This document shows, one piece after another, positions 26,582 to 36,367 of a stretch of DNA of 64,000 bases (its first letter is position 1; every line of letters starts with the position of its first letter). This stretch comes from Candidatus Bathyarchaeia archaeon (GTDB lineage: Archaea; Thermoproteota; Bathyarchaeia; Bathyarchaeales; Bathycorpusculaceae), in NCBI GenBank assembly GCA_038883775.1, contig JAVZLM010000006.1:95544-159543 (forward strand), in the 5' to 3' direction. The translations under genes were made by a program, and so were the position numbers. The notes beneath the pieces are model-generated. The model was not told the DNA's origin and ran no database searches. It saw only the letters and a program-made list of their open reading frames with translations.

Positions 26582-26624
26582 GAAAACTTTTCTACATCAA
26601 TGACAATAATTGTTTTTGGTGGGT

Positions 26625-26897
26625 ATGTTAAAAGAGGCTTATCACCCTAACGCTTACTTGTCAAATATCAAAAATATTAAGCTTGGGCTTCGGACGCGAA
26701 CCAAAATATTGGGTGTTTTGGATAAAGGCTCAGCAGACACAAAAACAATCGCAAAAGAAACCGAATTGCATTACAACGTTATAATGCATCATTTAAGGCT
26801 TTTGGAAGCTGAGGGAATCGTAGAGCGTAAAGGCAGTAGACCACACACTTGGGCTCTAACTGGTTTGGGTCAGCGGCGTTTAGTTAACCTTGGCTAA
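26625..26897 (+). CDS. ArsR-like winged-helix protein
   Basis: 'RTKILGVL.....TKTIAKETELHYNVIMHHLRLLEAEGIV'. Confidence 0.8.
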   Translation: MLKEAYHPNAYLSNIKNIKLGLRTRTKILGVLDKGSADTKTIAKETELHYNVIMHHLRLLEAEGIVERKGSRPHTWALTGLGQRRLVNLG

Positions 26898-27181
26898 AAG
26901 GGGCATTGGCATGGAGAACTCTTACACTTTGGACATATATTTTCGTATTTGTTAAAGGCTGCTTTTTCAAGATCCACATTTGTGACATTGGCAAGTGAAG
27001 CCAACCACGCAATTGCATCTGCAAACTCGTCTTCCAAAGCCTTTTTATTGTTTGTTTTTAATGCTTCTCCTAACTCCTTTACTTCGTCTACAAGCCAATT
27101 ATACGTTTCAAGAGCCCCTCGTTTGGAGTCTTTATGAAAGTATAGGCGATGCATCATTTTCTGAAACTCATGAATATGCAA
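26894..27181 (-). CDS. MazG-like nucleotide pyrophosphohydrolase
   Basis: 'DEVKELGEA...EDEFADAIAWLASLAN', C-terminal CPKC..PC.C; TTG start after GGTGA SD. Confidence 0.88.
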   Translation of the reverse strand: MHIHEFQKMMHRLYFHKDSKRGALETYNWLVDEVKELGEALKTNNKKALEDEFADAIAWLASLANVTNVDLEKAAFNKYENICPKCKSSPCQCPF

Positions 27182-27257
27182 GGTATTTTCACCTTTTTCT
27201 CTATGAATCGAGTAGTTTTTAAGATAAAAATGCATCTAACGTTTCAGTTTGGATGTG

Positions 27258-27762
27258 ATGCTTTACGCGTGTTGTTGTTAGAAATTATAGAGAAGAGGAT
27301 AGAGAAAATTGCCGTTCGCTGTGGCGGGAACTAACGGAGTGGCACCGAAAAATCTACAAAGACCCAAAAATTGGCGGAGAACATTCAGAAGAATACTTTG
27401 ACAAGCATTTGGCTAAAGTTGGACCCGACAAACTATGGGTTGCCGTACACAACTCTAAAGTTGTAGGGCTTGTGGGCCTAATTGTTGAAGGAAATGAGGC
27501 TGAAATAGAACCTCTTATAGTCAGCAAAACCTACCGTGGTAAAGGAGTAGGAAAACAACTCCTAAAAACCGTTATTTCCGAAGCCCAGAAAATGGAAATA
27601 AGGTTTCTCTGCATAAAACCCGTAGCCCGAAACACTAAAACCATAAAATTCCTATGTGCTCAAGGTTTCAAAACGCTGGGGGAAATCGAACTTTTCATGG
27701 ACTTTTCAAATTACAAGTGGAAGCGTGGACCCCAGCTTTTCGGATGCAAATTTAACTATTAG
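27258..27762 (+). CDS. GNAT acetyltransferase with out-of-frame or non-canonical start
   Basis: Frame open from 27259 encodes 'VVRNYREEDRENCRSLW' (GNAT beta1-alpha1) and 'YRGKGVGKQL'; ATG 27258 is 1 nt out of frame. Confidence 0.7.
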
Positions 27763-28180
27763 ATAAAACCTTTTGCCCCTTCTCAATTATATGGTGGACT
27801 TTGACGCCTTTTCTTTCTAAATGTGCTGAGATAAACCGTCTATGACAGCATTTTGGGCTCACTTCCATACACATGATGCATACGCGATTGTTTTGTGCAA
27901 TTTCCAAAAGCCTTCTTATTCCTTCTCTGAAAATTTTGGTTCGCATATGCCTTTTGTATCCGCCTCGCCTGTAACCTCCCAATTCTTTGCCAAGCCAAAC
28001 ATATTCTATGCCATTTTGAGGAAGCCATTTTTCCATTTGTTCTTTTTTGAAATGTTCAATTTTTGACGTTGGAAAACTACGAATGTCCACGAGAACTTGA
28101 ATTTTATGCTCATTCAATAACTTTAAGAATTTTTCTATGGAACGATTGCTATGTCCAATAGTCCATAGTGTAGTTTGCAA
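27752..28180 (-). CDS. DUF488 domain protein
   Basis: 'WTIGHSNRS', 'LVDIRSFP.S', 'LGG', 'MCME....CHR'. Confidence 0.88.
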   Translation of the reverse strand: MQTTLWTIGHSNRSIEKFLKLLNEHKIQVLVDIRSFPTSKIEHFKKEQMEKWLPQNGIEYVWLGKELGGYRRGGYKRHMRTKIFREGIRRLLEIAQNNRVCIMCMEVSPKCCHRRFISAHLERKGVKVHHIIEKGQKVLSNS

Positions 28181-28182
28181 TT

Positions 28183-28784
28183 TTACCGCTTGCTTTCTAA
28201 ATCTTTAAGGATTAACTTCACCAAATTGTCCAGTCGGTCTCTAACTTTTTCATCTTCAAGAAGGTCTCCATAAATGGAGCCTCTGTCGTATTCAACCGAT
28301 TGAAGTAAGATTGATGGGGGTGGATTTTTGCACTCATAATGGTCGAGAATTATGCTATGATATGTGAGGTCGCCGCCCGCGGGTACGTTTCCGATAACTA
28401 TTAGGGCTATAATCTTGTTTAGAATGGTGTTTTTGAATTCGTCGTAACCTTTAAAGACGCCTTGTGTTCTCTCCGTGAAGGCACTATAAAGTCCTGCGGG
28501 TTTGCCTCCGTATGTTGGAACTGCAAGTATGATGATGTCTGCTTCTTTCATTTTTCTGTAAATCTTTGGAACATCATCCCTTATTGGGCATTCCTCTTTT
28601 TTACTTCTAAGCTTAACACCAAAACACTCGTAATTGCAATGGCTGCAAGGTTTTACGTCATAGTCGTAGATGTTGATTATTTCTGTTTCGAATTTTGAGC
28701 TTTTAACTTCTCAAGGACGTATTCCAGAGAGTTTAGGCAGTTGCCTCTTTTCCTTGCACTAAATGCGATACCTAAGGCTTTCAT
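28183..28784 (-). pseudogene. frameshifted iron-sulfur flavoprotein / flavodoxin-like (Isf/WrbA family)
   Basis: ATG 28784 'MKALGIAFSARKRGNC...' stops early; shifted frame continues 'FETEIINIYDYDVKPCSHCNYEC...CPIRDD...ADIIILAVPTYGG'; 1-nt deletion near 28693. Confidence 0.8.
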
Positions 28785-28793
28785 GGTTTTGCT

Positions 28794-30119
28794 CTACCGA
28801 ATTTTTACGTATTTGTAGGCTTCTGTCGAGTTTTCAAAGCAGTAATGCACTTTTTGATAGTCCTTTCGGAACTCTGCCACATCCGCCCTTACCTTTTCTG
28901 GCGGTTCCTTGTCTATTATTACTCGTTTGATGAGCTCTGCTATGTCAGTCATCTCTGACTCTTTCATTCCAAGCCTTGTGACCTCTGAAACTCCAAGCCT
29001 TATTCCGCCCGGGTGCTGGAAATGTCTCCCTTCCTTAATGTCCCATGGCAACAAATTCCTATTTATTATTATGTTTGCCTTCTCTAAGGTTTCTTCGATT
29101 GTCCCGCCGTCGCCATATTTTGTAATGTCTATTATCATCACGTGGGATTCTGTGAACCCTTTATGCTCTGCTAAAACGTTAAATCCTCTTTCATAAAGGG
29201 CTTGGGCTAAGGCTTTAGCGTTCTTCACGATTTGGTTTGCATATTCTCTTCCAAACTCAAGCATTTCAGCGCAAGCAATAGTTACGCCGGCAACCGCATG
29301 CAAGTGGTGATTGCTAACCATTCCTGGAAATGTTGCCCTTTTTATTTTTTCAGCGTATTTTTCCCATGATAGGACTCCGCCATGTTGGGGTCCAAAGAAA
29401 GTTTTATGCGTGCTTAGGCTTACTACGTCTGCTCCTTCTCTAAGCGGGTCTTGGAATTTTCCTCCAGCAATTAAGCCAGCCACATGGGCAGCGTCATACC
29501 CTACAGTTCCTCCCACCGAACGAATTGTATCTGCAAGCTCTTTGACTGGATGGGGGAACGGGAAAACGCTTGCGCCAAACATGACAAGTTTTGGCGGTTT
29601 TCCCTCAGTTGCTAACTTTTCAATTCTCTGCTTTGCCTTGTCCACATCTATGTTCAACTCCTTGTAATCTAAAGGAAGGTATTCAACAATTAAACCATGA
29701 ACGGCGCCCGCTGTGCCTCCCAACTCTTTTTTGCCCATTGTTATGTGTCCACCGCATGGAATGGATAATGCCATCATGGTGTCGCCTGGTTCTGTAAATG
29801 CTGTGTAAACAACTAGGTTTGCCACAACTCCTGAAATTGGTCTGACATCCACAAATTCTGCCTTGAAAAGTTTTTTCATGAGTTCAATGCATTTGTTTTC
29901 CACTTGGTCTATGAAACGGCAACCAGCATAGACACGTTCTCCAGGCCACCCTTCAGCATAGCGGTTTCCAAAGTCTGTTGTGAGAGCTTCGCGAACAGCT
30001 GGGCTTGGAATGTTTTCGCTCGCTATTAGCGGAATGTTTTCTTGAAACCACTTGTGATGTTGCTCGAGGAGACCAAGCACATAATTATACTCTTCTCGTG
30101 AACTTGACATTTTATACAC
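28794..30119 (-). CDS. glyA: serine hydroxymethyltransferase
   Basis: 'LIASEN', 'YAEG.PGERVYAG', 'STHKTFFGPQ'. Confidence 0.96.
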   Translation of the reverse strand: MYKMSSSREEYNYVLGLLEQHHKWFQENIPLIASENIPSPAVREALTTDFGNRYAEGWPGERVYAGCRFIDQVENKCIELMKKLFKAEFVDVRPISGVVANLVVYTAFTEPGDTMMALSIPCGGHITMGKKELGGTAGAVHGLIVEYLPLDYKELNIDVDKAKQRIEKLATEGKPPKLVMFGASVFPFPHPVKELADTIRSVGGTVGYDAAHVAGLIAGGKFQDPLREGADVVSLSTHKTFFGPQHGGVLSWEKYAEKIKRATFPGMVSNHHLHAVAGVTIACAEMLEFGREYANQIVKNAKALAQALYERGFNVLAEHKGFTESHVMIIDITKYGDGGTIEETLEKANIIINRNLLPWDIKEGRHFQHPGGIRLGVSEVTRLGMKESEMTDIAELIKRVIIDKEPPEKVRADVAEFRKDYQKVHYCFENSTEAYKYVKIR

Positions 30120-30224
30120 CCTTTTTTTGCATCAAACTATCACCCATCCACAAATAAAAACTCTTTCGAAAGGGCACAACATTAATAATGGAGATTAATT
30201 ATCATACTAAAAGGAGAACGCCAA

Positions 30225-30398
30225 ATGAGCAAGAAAAAGAAAGAGAAAGCAGCGCCAATGCCTGCTGCCAGCGCTGGGCTTCTAAGATTCTTTGAGGAAG
30301 AAACAGAAGGGGTAAAAGTTCGCCCAGAAATCCTTGTGGGTTTGGCAATAGCCCTGATAGTAGTGGTTGTTTTAGCTCGTATTTTCTTTCCCACGTGA
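30225..30398 (+). CDS. secG: preprotein translocase subunit Sec61beta (SecG-like), 57 aa, absent from ORF track
   Basis: MSKKKKEKAAPMPAASAGLLRFFEEETEGVKVRPEILVGLAIALIVVVVLARIFFPT; 'AGL.RFF.EE...K..P' signature plus C-terminal TM. Confidence 0.93.
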   Translation: MSKKKKEKAAPMPAASAGLLRFFEEETEGVKVRPEILVGLAIALIVVVVLARIFFPT

Positions 30399-30403
30399 TA
30401 TTT

Positions 30404-30691
30404 TTATCGACGAGAAGATGCATGCAAAACTTCTATTCGCTGCACAGAATTTAAGTGGATAAATATTTCGCTTCTTTCTTCTCTTCCAGCAACTTGCGGT
30501 ATTGGTTGGGCTATAGTTGCCCGCAATATGACAGCCTCAGCTTCTGAAAGCCAAATTCCCGCTGGTTCTCGGGTTACTGCCGCCAAGGTTCCTTCAAAAC
30601 CGTAGGAGGGGTCTAGAATTACTCTTAGTTTCTTGCCTAAATTTTTTTCAAGCATGTGAAATATTGTTGGAGGGATAGACTGATCTGGCAT
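30404..30691 (-). CDS. divergent Sm/Lsm-like fold protein
   Basis: 'L...LGKKLRVIL....FEGTL.......IWLSEAE' Sm1-like and 'IFIH...VQRIE' Sm2-like. Confidence 0.55.
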   Translation of the reverse strand: MPDQSIPPTIFHMLEKNLGKKLRVILDPSYGFEGTLAAVTREPAGIWLSEAEAVILRATIAQPIPQVAGREERSEIFIHLNSVQRIEVLHASSRR

Positions 30692-30945
30692 TGGATTCGC
30701 AAAGTGTATAATCAGCAGTTTACAAATAAAACAGTTACCCTCCTAAAACATTGTATACTTAATGTTGCTGTATTTTAGGGCGCCTTCTTTTCAGTTTATC
30801 TTTTTTCATGTTTCATGTCAAAACTAATTTAGCGTAATATGAAATAATTACGCAAATAATGTCTTAACTTTCCATAGGGACGCAACGTTAACTCTCGACA
30901 CTTTAATATGTCTGTTAAACTTTCATAGAAAATTCGCCGAGAAAG

Positions 30946-32775
30946 ATGGATATGGAAAAGGAAAATTCGCTAAAAATTTCTATGGATGAGGCGGTCAAAC
31001 ATTATTCCGCCCTCTTTAAGCTCCCATCATACAAAAAAGTAATTCTGTTTTTGGCATTGATTTGCATAAGCTTAGGGCTTGTTTTTGCAGGCTTTTTCTT
31101 CTCTGGTTTAGAAGGGTTAGCTCTCGGCTTGTTGTTGGGGGCTTCAATATTTTCCATAAATTGCATTGTAGATTATTTTACAACTACTAGACTTTTAAGA
31201 CATGAACCCATTTATGATGTGCGAAGAACAGCAGCGCTTTCTCTTTACTGTTGGGTTTTTTGGTTTCTTTTTATTGCTGGAGGCGCTTTCATTACAATAT
31301 TTACAAGCCTAGTATGGTTAGTTAGGCTTTTGTTTCTGGGTTTTTCTGCTGTGCTAATCTTACGTTTAGTAGTGTTAAATTCGACATCCTTCGCTAGCTA
31401 TAAACGCCTTTTTACAGCCTCGATTCTTCAACCCATTTTATGCGTCATTCCATTTTTGTTTATCTTAACAAAGGCTGCTTATCCCCTCGATTTTTATTAC
31501 GCACTTTTGTTCTTTGTTTCCTCAATTATCGTGAGCATAGCCTCAAGTTCCCTTTTCATTTCAGCCTTAAATAATGTTGGCAAACAGATACTAGGGTTTC
31601 CTTCCATATCGCTTTTCAAGGCTTTTCTGCTTAACTGGATAGCTGACTTAAATGCTCCCTTTGAGGAGTTTCTTGAAAAGTTAGGTGAAAAGCAGACAGT
31701 GGAAGTTTCGTTAATAAAATTCAACTCTTCCAAACCCAAAGCATTCATAGTCACGCCTTCCATACATCCAGGCCCCTTCAAAAATATTGGAAGCAGTCTT
31801 CTTCCCTCCCAGCTTAAAACCACTTTGGAAAAGAAACTAAACTGTATTGTATGTGTTCCTCATGGGTTGTTTGGACACGAATTTGATTTAGCTTCTCAAA
31901 TCCAAAGCCAAAAAGTAATCGACAGGGTTCTTGAAAATGCGAATTTTGAGGTTCAAGAAGCAAGAGCTACCTCTCTTGTTAAAATCCATAATGGTCTAGC
32001 CACTGTGTGCTGCCAAATTTTCGGTAGTTGCGCCTTTCTCTCTTTCACCCTAGCTCCTAAGACAACTGAAGATTTTCCACATGAGCTGGGAATGTTTATT
32101 CGCCAAGAAGCCGAAAGGTATGGGTTGAATTGTTGTGTTATTGTTAACGCTCATAACAGCATTAACGGAGCAGTGAATATGCAAGAGGCGTTAGATGCTC
32201 TAAAAGATGCTGCTGTAGCGTGCCTACAAAAGGCGTTTTCTCAAGAGAAATTGCCTTTTAATGTTGGCGCTGCTACGGTTATTCCTAAGGAATTTGGTCT
32301 TAAGGATGGTATGGGCCCCGGCGGCGTCACAGTTGTCGTGGTTAAGGTTGGGGTTCAAAAAACTGCTTATGTTGTGGTTGATGGGAATAATATGGTTGCT
32401 GGATTGCGTGAAAAAATCCTTTCTGCCCTTCATCTCATAGAAATTGATGATGGTGAAGTTTTCACAACGGATACTCATTCAGTTAATGCTGTTGTTTTGA
32501 ATAGGCGTGGTTATCATCCTGTTGGCGAAGTTATTAACCATGAAAGTTTAATTGACTGTATCAAGGAAGCAGCAATTGCTGCATTGTCTGATATGGAGCA
32601 AGTTAAAGTTGCGTGTCGAAGAATAATGGTTTCTGATGTAACGGTAATTGGGGAAAACTTGCTTGAAAAACTCTGTATTCTTATTTGCAGAACTATTCAG
32701 AGGGCAAAGAAAATCGTTGTTCCCCTATTCGCAGCTAGCGGGCTTCTTTTGATGTTGATTTTTCTTCATGTTTAA
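30946..32775 (+). CDS. DUF2070 family membrane protein
   Basis: N-terminal TMs; 'HPGPF..IGSS.LP', 'NAHN', 'DGNNM', 'TTDTH'. Confidence 0.88.
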   Translation: MDMEKENSLKISMDEAVKHYSALFKLPSYKKVILFLALICISLGLVFAGFFFSGLEGLALGLLLGASIFSINCIVDYFTTTRLLRHEPIYDVRRTAALSLYCWVFWFLFIAGGAFITIFTSLVWLVRLLFLGFSAVLILRLVVLNSTSFASYKRLFTASILQPILCVIPFLFILTKAAYPLDFYYALLFFVSSIIVSIASSSLFISALNNVGKQILGFPSISLFKAFLLNWIADLNAPFEEFLEKLGEKQTVEVSLIKFNSSKPKAFIVTPSIHPGPFKNIGSSLLPSQLKTTLEKKLNCIVCVPHGLFGHEFDLASQIQSQKVIDRVLENANFEVQEARATSLVKIHNGLATVCCQIFGSCAFLSFTLAPKTTEDFPHELGMFIRQEAERYGLNCCVIVNAHNSINGAVNMQEALDALKDAAVACLQKAFSQEKLPFNVGAATVIPKEFGLKDGMGPGGVTVVVVKVGVQKTAYVVVDGNNMVAGLREKILSALHLIEIDDGEVFTTDTHSVNAVVLNRRGYHPVGEVINHESLIDCIKEAAIAALSDMEQVKVACRRIMVSDVTVIGENLLEKLCILICRTIQRAKKIVVPLFAASGLLLMLIFLHV

Positions 32776-32832
32776 GCTAACACTAATAAAGATGAAGCGT
32801 TCACCATTTCATTTCCAATGGAAGGATAAATA

Positions 32833-33390
32833 TTGTTAAAGGAAATTAGAATCCATGGTCGCGGTGGTCAAGGCAGTGTCACAGCCGCTGAACTTTTGGC
32901 TTACGCCGCTTTTCTTGAAGGCAAATGGGTTCAAGCAATCCCATATTTTGGCGCTGAACGCCGAGGTGCTCCAGTCAAAGCCTTTGCAAGAATAAGCGAT
33001 GAACCCATTCTTGTGCACAGCCAAATTTACAATCCAGACTATGTCATAGTGCTTGATCCAGTCATTTACAAGTTTGTGGACGTTACTGAAGGTTTAAAGA
33101 AAAATGGCGTAATCATAATGAATACGACAAAGAAACCAGAAGAAATAGGCCTAGAGGGTTGGCGGATTGCCACAGTTGATGCAACTGGAATTGCCATTGA
33201 ACTAAACCTTCTTGTAGCTGGATTGCCAGTTGTTAACACTGCTATCATAGGTGCTTTTGCTAAGGCAACTGAAGAGGTTAGATTAGAAAGTGTTTTGAAA
33301 GCTATCAAAGAAACATGGGTGGGAGTTGCAGGTGAGAAAAATGCGATGGCAGCGGGACTCGCCTATGAACGTTTGATAAAGGTATGGTGA
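32833..33390 (+). CDS. porG: 2-oxoacid:ferredoxin oxidoreductase gamma subunit
   Basis: '[11 protein letters not shown]', '[10 protein letters not shown]'. Confidence 0.92.
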   Translation: MLKEIRIHGRGGQGSVTAAELLAYAAFLEGKWVQAIPYFGAERRGAPVKAFARISDEPILVHSQIYNPDYVIVLDPVIYKFVDVTEGLKKNGVIIMNTTKKPEEIGLEGWRIATVDATGIAIELNLLVAGLPVVNTAIIGAFAKATEEVRLESVLKAIKETWVGVAGEKNAMAAGLAYERLIKVW

Positions 33391-33397
33391 GAATAAT

Positions 33398-33682
33398 ATG
33401 AAAGGGGTCCCTAAAACTCGTAAAGAAATGCCCCTAACTCCGCTCTCCTATCCAACTTTTGGGAGTATGGGAAAAACAGGGTCGTGGAGAACTTTCCGTC
33501 CAAAAATTGATTATTCAAAATGCACCCGATGCACTATATGCTGGGTTTACTGTCCAGACGCGGCCATAACACGGCAAGAAGATGACACTCCACAAATAGA
33601 CTATGAATACTGTAAGGGGTGTGGAATATGCACCAACGAATGTCCTGTTAAGGCAATCACAATGCACAGGGAGGAAGAATAA
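33398..33682 (+). CDS. porD: 2-oxoacid:ferredoxin oxidoreductase delta subunit (2x[4Fe-4S])
   Basis: 'TGSWRTFRP', CTRCTICWVYCPD, CKGCGICTNECP. Confidence 0.92.
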   Translation: MKGVPKTRKEMPLTPLSYPTFGSMGKTGSWRTFRPKIDYSKCTRCTICWVYCPDAAITRQEDDTPQIDYEYCKGCGICTNECPVKAITMHREEE

Positions 33683-34861
33683 ATGGCGCAAATAATAATT
33701 GACACGGCAAACCACATTGCTGGTTACGCTGCAAAAGCAGCTCGAGTTAAGGTTGTCGCCGCCTATCCCATAACTCCTCAAACAACTATCGTGGAAAAAA
33801 TCGCAGAGTTTGTTGAAAAGGGTGAAATGAACAGCGAATACATCCGGGTAGAATCAGAACATAGCGCCATGGTAGCATGCATAGCTGCAGCAGCAACAGG
33901 CGTAAGAACCTTTACAGCAACATCAGCACAAGGTTTAGCCCTCATGCACGAAGCCCTACACTGGGCTTCTGGTTCACGATTACCCATTGTAATGGCGGTT
34001 GTCAACCGTGCTATGGGCGCGCCTTGGAGTATATGGCCTGACCTTAGCGATTCTCTTTCTCAGAGGGATACTGGCTGGATTCAGTTTTATTGTGCTGATA
34101 ACCAAGAGGTTTTTGACACGATAATCCAAGCTTATAAACTCTGTGAGGATGAACGGGTGTTTTTGCCAGCCATGGTTTGCCTTGAAGGCTTCATCTTGTC
34201 CCACACATATATGCCAGCGAAAATTCCAAGTCAAGAAGAAATTGATGCCTTTCTACCGCCATACAAGTCTGGCTGGATCTTAGATGTTAATAATCCCTTT
34301 TCCCACGCGAATCTTGTCTCGCCAGAATGGTATATGGAATTTCGTTACATGATACAAGAAGCCATGGAAAACGCCAAACGACTAATTCCACAAATTGATA
34401 AGGAATATGGAAAGCGTTTCGGCTTTGAATATGGCGGACTTGTTGAGAAATACAAGTGTGAAGATGCAGATTTAATATTGTTGACTATGGGAACCATGGG
34501 CAGCGAAGCCAAAATAACCGTAAACAACTTGCGCAAAGAAGGAATAAAAGTTGGATCAGCACGCGTCAGAGTTTACCGCCCATTCCCAGTGGAAGAGATA
34601 AGAAACCTTGCAGCGCAAGCAAAGATGTTTGCAACAATAGATCGCCACATATCCTTTGGAATGGAGGGATTTCTAGCCACAGAAGTTAAGGCTTCACTTA
34701 TAAGTGAAGAAGAACCGCCTTTAGTTGCCGGATTTATTGCAGGCTTAGGAGGAAGAGATGTAACATCGAAAACTATTGAGAAAATTGCTAAAAAAGCGCT
34801 TAGGTGGATGCGCATAGGAAAGGTTGAAAAAGAAACTGAATGGGTTGATTTGAGGGAGTGA
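33683..34861 (+). CDS. porA: 2-oxoacid:ferredoxin oxidoreductase alpha subunit
   Basis: 'AYPITPQT', 'ESEHSA', 'TATSAQG', 'GLGGRD'. Confidence 0.93.
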   Translation: MAQIIIDTANHIAGYAAKAARVKVVAAYPITPQTTIVEKIAEFVEKGEMNSEYIRVESEHSAMVACIAAAATGVRTFTATSAQGLALMHEALHWASGSRLPIVMAVVNRAMGAPWSIWPDLSDSLSQRDTGWIQFYCADNQEVFDTIIQAYKLCEDERVFLPAMVCLEGFILSHTYMPAKIPSQEEIDAFLPPYKSGWILDVNNPFSHANLVSPEWYMEFRYMIQEAMENAKRLIPQIDKEYGKRFGFEYGGLVEKYKCEDADLILLTMGTMGSEAKITVNNLRKEGIKVGSARVRVYRPFPVEEIRNLAAQAKMFATIDRHISFGMEGFLATEVKASLISEEEPPLVAGFIAGLGGRDVTSKTIEKIAKKALRWMRIGKVEKETEWVDLRE

Positions 34862-35757
34862 AAAGAATGGTGACAATAAAAGAACTTCCAAAAGAAGAAT
34901 ATTTACTTAAAGGTCACGCAGCTTGTGCTGGTTGCGGTTCCTCTCTTGCTTTGCGGCTACTTTTTAAAGCTTTAGGCAACAAAATAATCTTGGTGGTTCC
35001 AGCGTGTTGCACCACAGTTATTCAAGGACCCTACCCCTATACTTCTTCCGCGGTTCCACTTCTAAACATACTTTTTGAATCCACTGCAGCAGCCGCGTCA
35101 GGAATAGTTGCTGCTTTACGCCAAAGAAAAATGGAAGAAATAACCGTGGTCGGTTGGGCGGGTGACGGTGGAACTGTTGACATAGGCATCCAAGCCTTAT
35201 CCGGGGCAGCTGAAAGAGAAACCAACTTCATCTACATTTGCTATGACAATGAAGCTTACGGCAACACAGGAATGCAGCGGAGCGGAGCAACCCCATATGG
35301 CACATGGACAACCACAACCCCCTCTGGAAAACGAGAACGCAAGAAGGATATGCCCTTAATCATGGCTGCCCATCGCATACCCTATGTTGCCACAGCTTGT
35401 CCATCTTATCCTATAGACTTAGTGAACAAGCTTAGAAAGGCTAAGGAAATTAAGGGCACAAAGTACATTCACATTTTGGCGCCATGTCCCACTGGATGGC
35501 GTTATGATACTAGCAAAACAGTTGAGTTGGGACGGCTTGCTGTGCAGACTGGTTTGTGGGCGCTTTATGAAATTGAGTATGGAAAGTTTAAGCTTAATCC
35601 TCCCAGTGACCGATTAGTTGAGAAAGCTAAGCGCAAACCCATCAAGGAATATTTTGCTTTGCAGGGAAGATTTCGCAATTTAACCGATGAAGACCTTGAA
35701 AAAATCCAAAGATGGGTCGATGAAGATTGGGAACAATATCGTAAACTAGCTTCATAA
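34858..35757 (+). CDS. porB: 2-oxoacid:ferredoxin oxidoreductase beta subunit (TPP-binding)
   Basis: 'GHAACAGCG', 'GDGGT.DIG', 'DNEAYGNTG.QRS', 'PCPTGW'. Confidence 0.93.
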   Translation: MKRMVTIKELPKEEYLLKGHAACAGCGSSLALRLLFKALGNKIILVVPACCTTVIQGPYPYTSSAVPLLNILFESTAAAASGIVAALRQRKMEEITVVGWAGDGGTVDIGIQALSGAAERETNFIYICYDNEAYGNTGMQRSGATPYGTWTTTTPSGKRERKKDMPLIMAAHRIPYVATACPSYPIDLVNKLRKAKEIKGTKYIHILAPCPTGWRYDTSKTVELGRLAVQTGLWALYEIEYGKFKLNPPSDRLVEKAKRKPIKEYFALQGRFRNLTDEDLEKIQRWVDEDWEQYRKLAS

Positions 35758-35864
35758 TTGTATGTCTGGCGCTTTACTGCACGGAAAAATATAAGAAGCT
35801 CAAAATCAATCATATAGTCTGCTTGCTGCTATCCTACAACAACAATGAAAAAGGAGGCAATAAT

Positions 35865-36221
35865 ATGGCAGAAGAAAAACAGAAAAAAGAAAGCGCAGAA
35901 AAACCAACAAAAACCACGCGACCCTCAAGAACCGCGCCGACCACCCAAAGCAACGAAAACATTGTTTTAATAGGCAAAAAACCATTGATGAATTACGTAG
36001 TTGCCTGCCTAACATTCTTTAACTCCGGCTCAAAGAAGGTTGTTGTTAAAGCCAGAGGGCGGGCAATCAGCAGAGCTGTAGACACGGTTGAGTTGTTAAG
36101 GCGTGCCTTCATGAAAGATGTGCAATTGGAAGGCATCAACATAAGTACTGAGGAAGTTGTTAGAGGCGAAGGTCAAAAAGCAAACGTTTCCGCCGTCGAA
36201 ATAACATTGACAAGACCTTAG
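35865..36221 (+). CDS. albA: chromatin protein Alba with ~30-aa N-terminal extension
   Basis: 'VLIGKKPLMNYV', 'KARGRAISRAVD', 'VSAVEI'; GGAGG SD before ATG 35865. Confidence 0.93.
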   Translation: MAEEKQKKESAEKPTKTTRPSRTAPTTQSNENIVLIGKKPLMNYVVACLTFFNSGSKKVVVKARGRAISRAVDTVELLRRAFMKDVQLEGINISTEEVVRGEGQKANVSAVEITLTRP

Positions 36222-36367
36222 CGCGCTTTTAAAAGTCCTTTACAGCTAAAGTTGTGACAACACGTTACTGTAGATTATTAATATTTTCCATAAAATCTTA
36301 CAGAGCAGCATCGGTAATTATATAAAACCGTCTTTCTAAAACTCTTAATCCTTACCGGTGATGTAAT

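Noticed and set aside
30182-30423. Minus-strand 70-aa and 73-aa ORFs
   Set aside because: Antisense shadows of the Sec61beta gene at 30225-30398.
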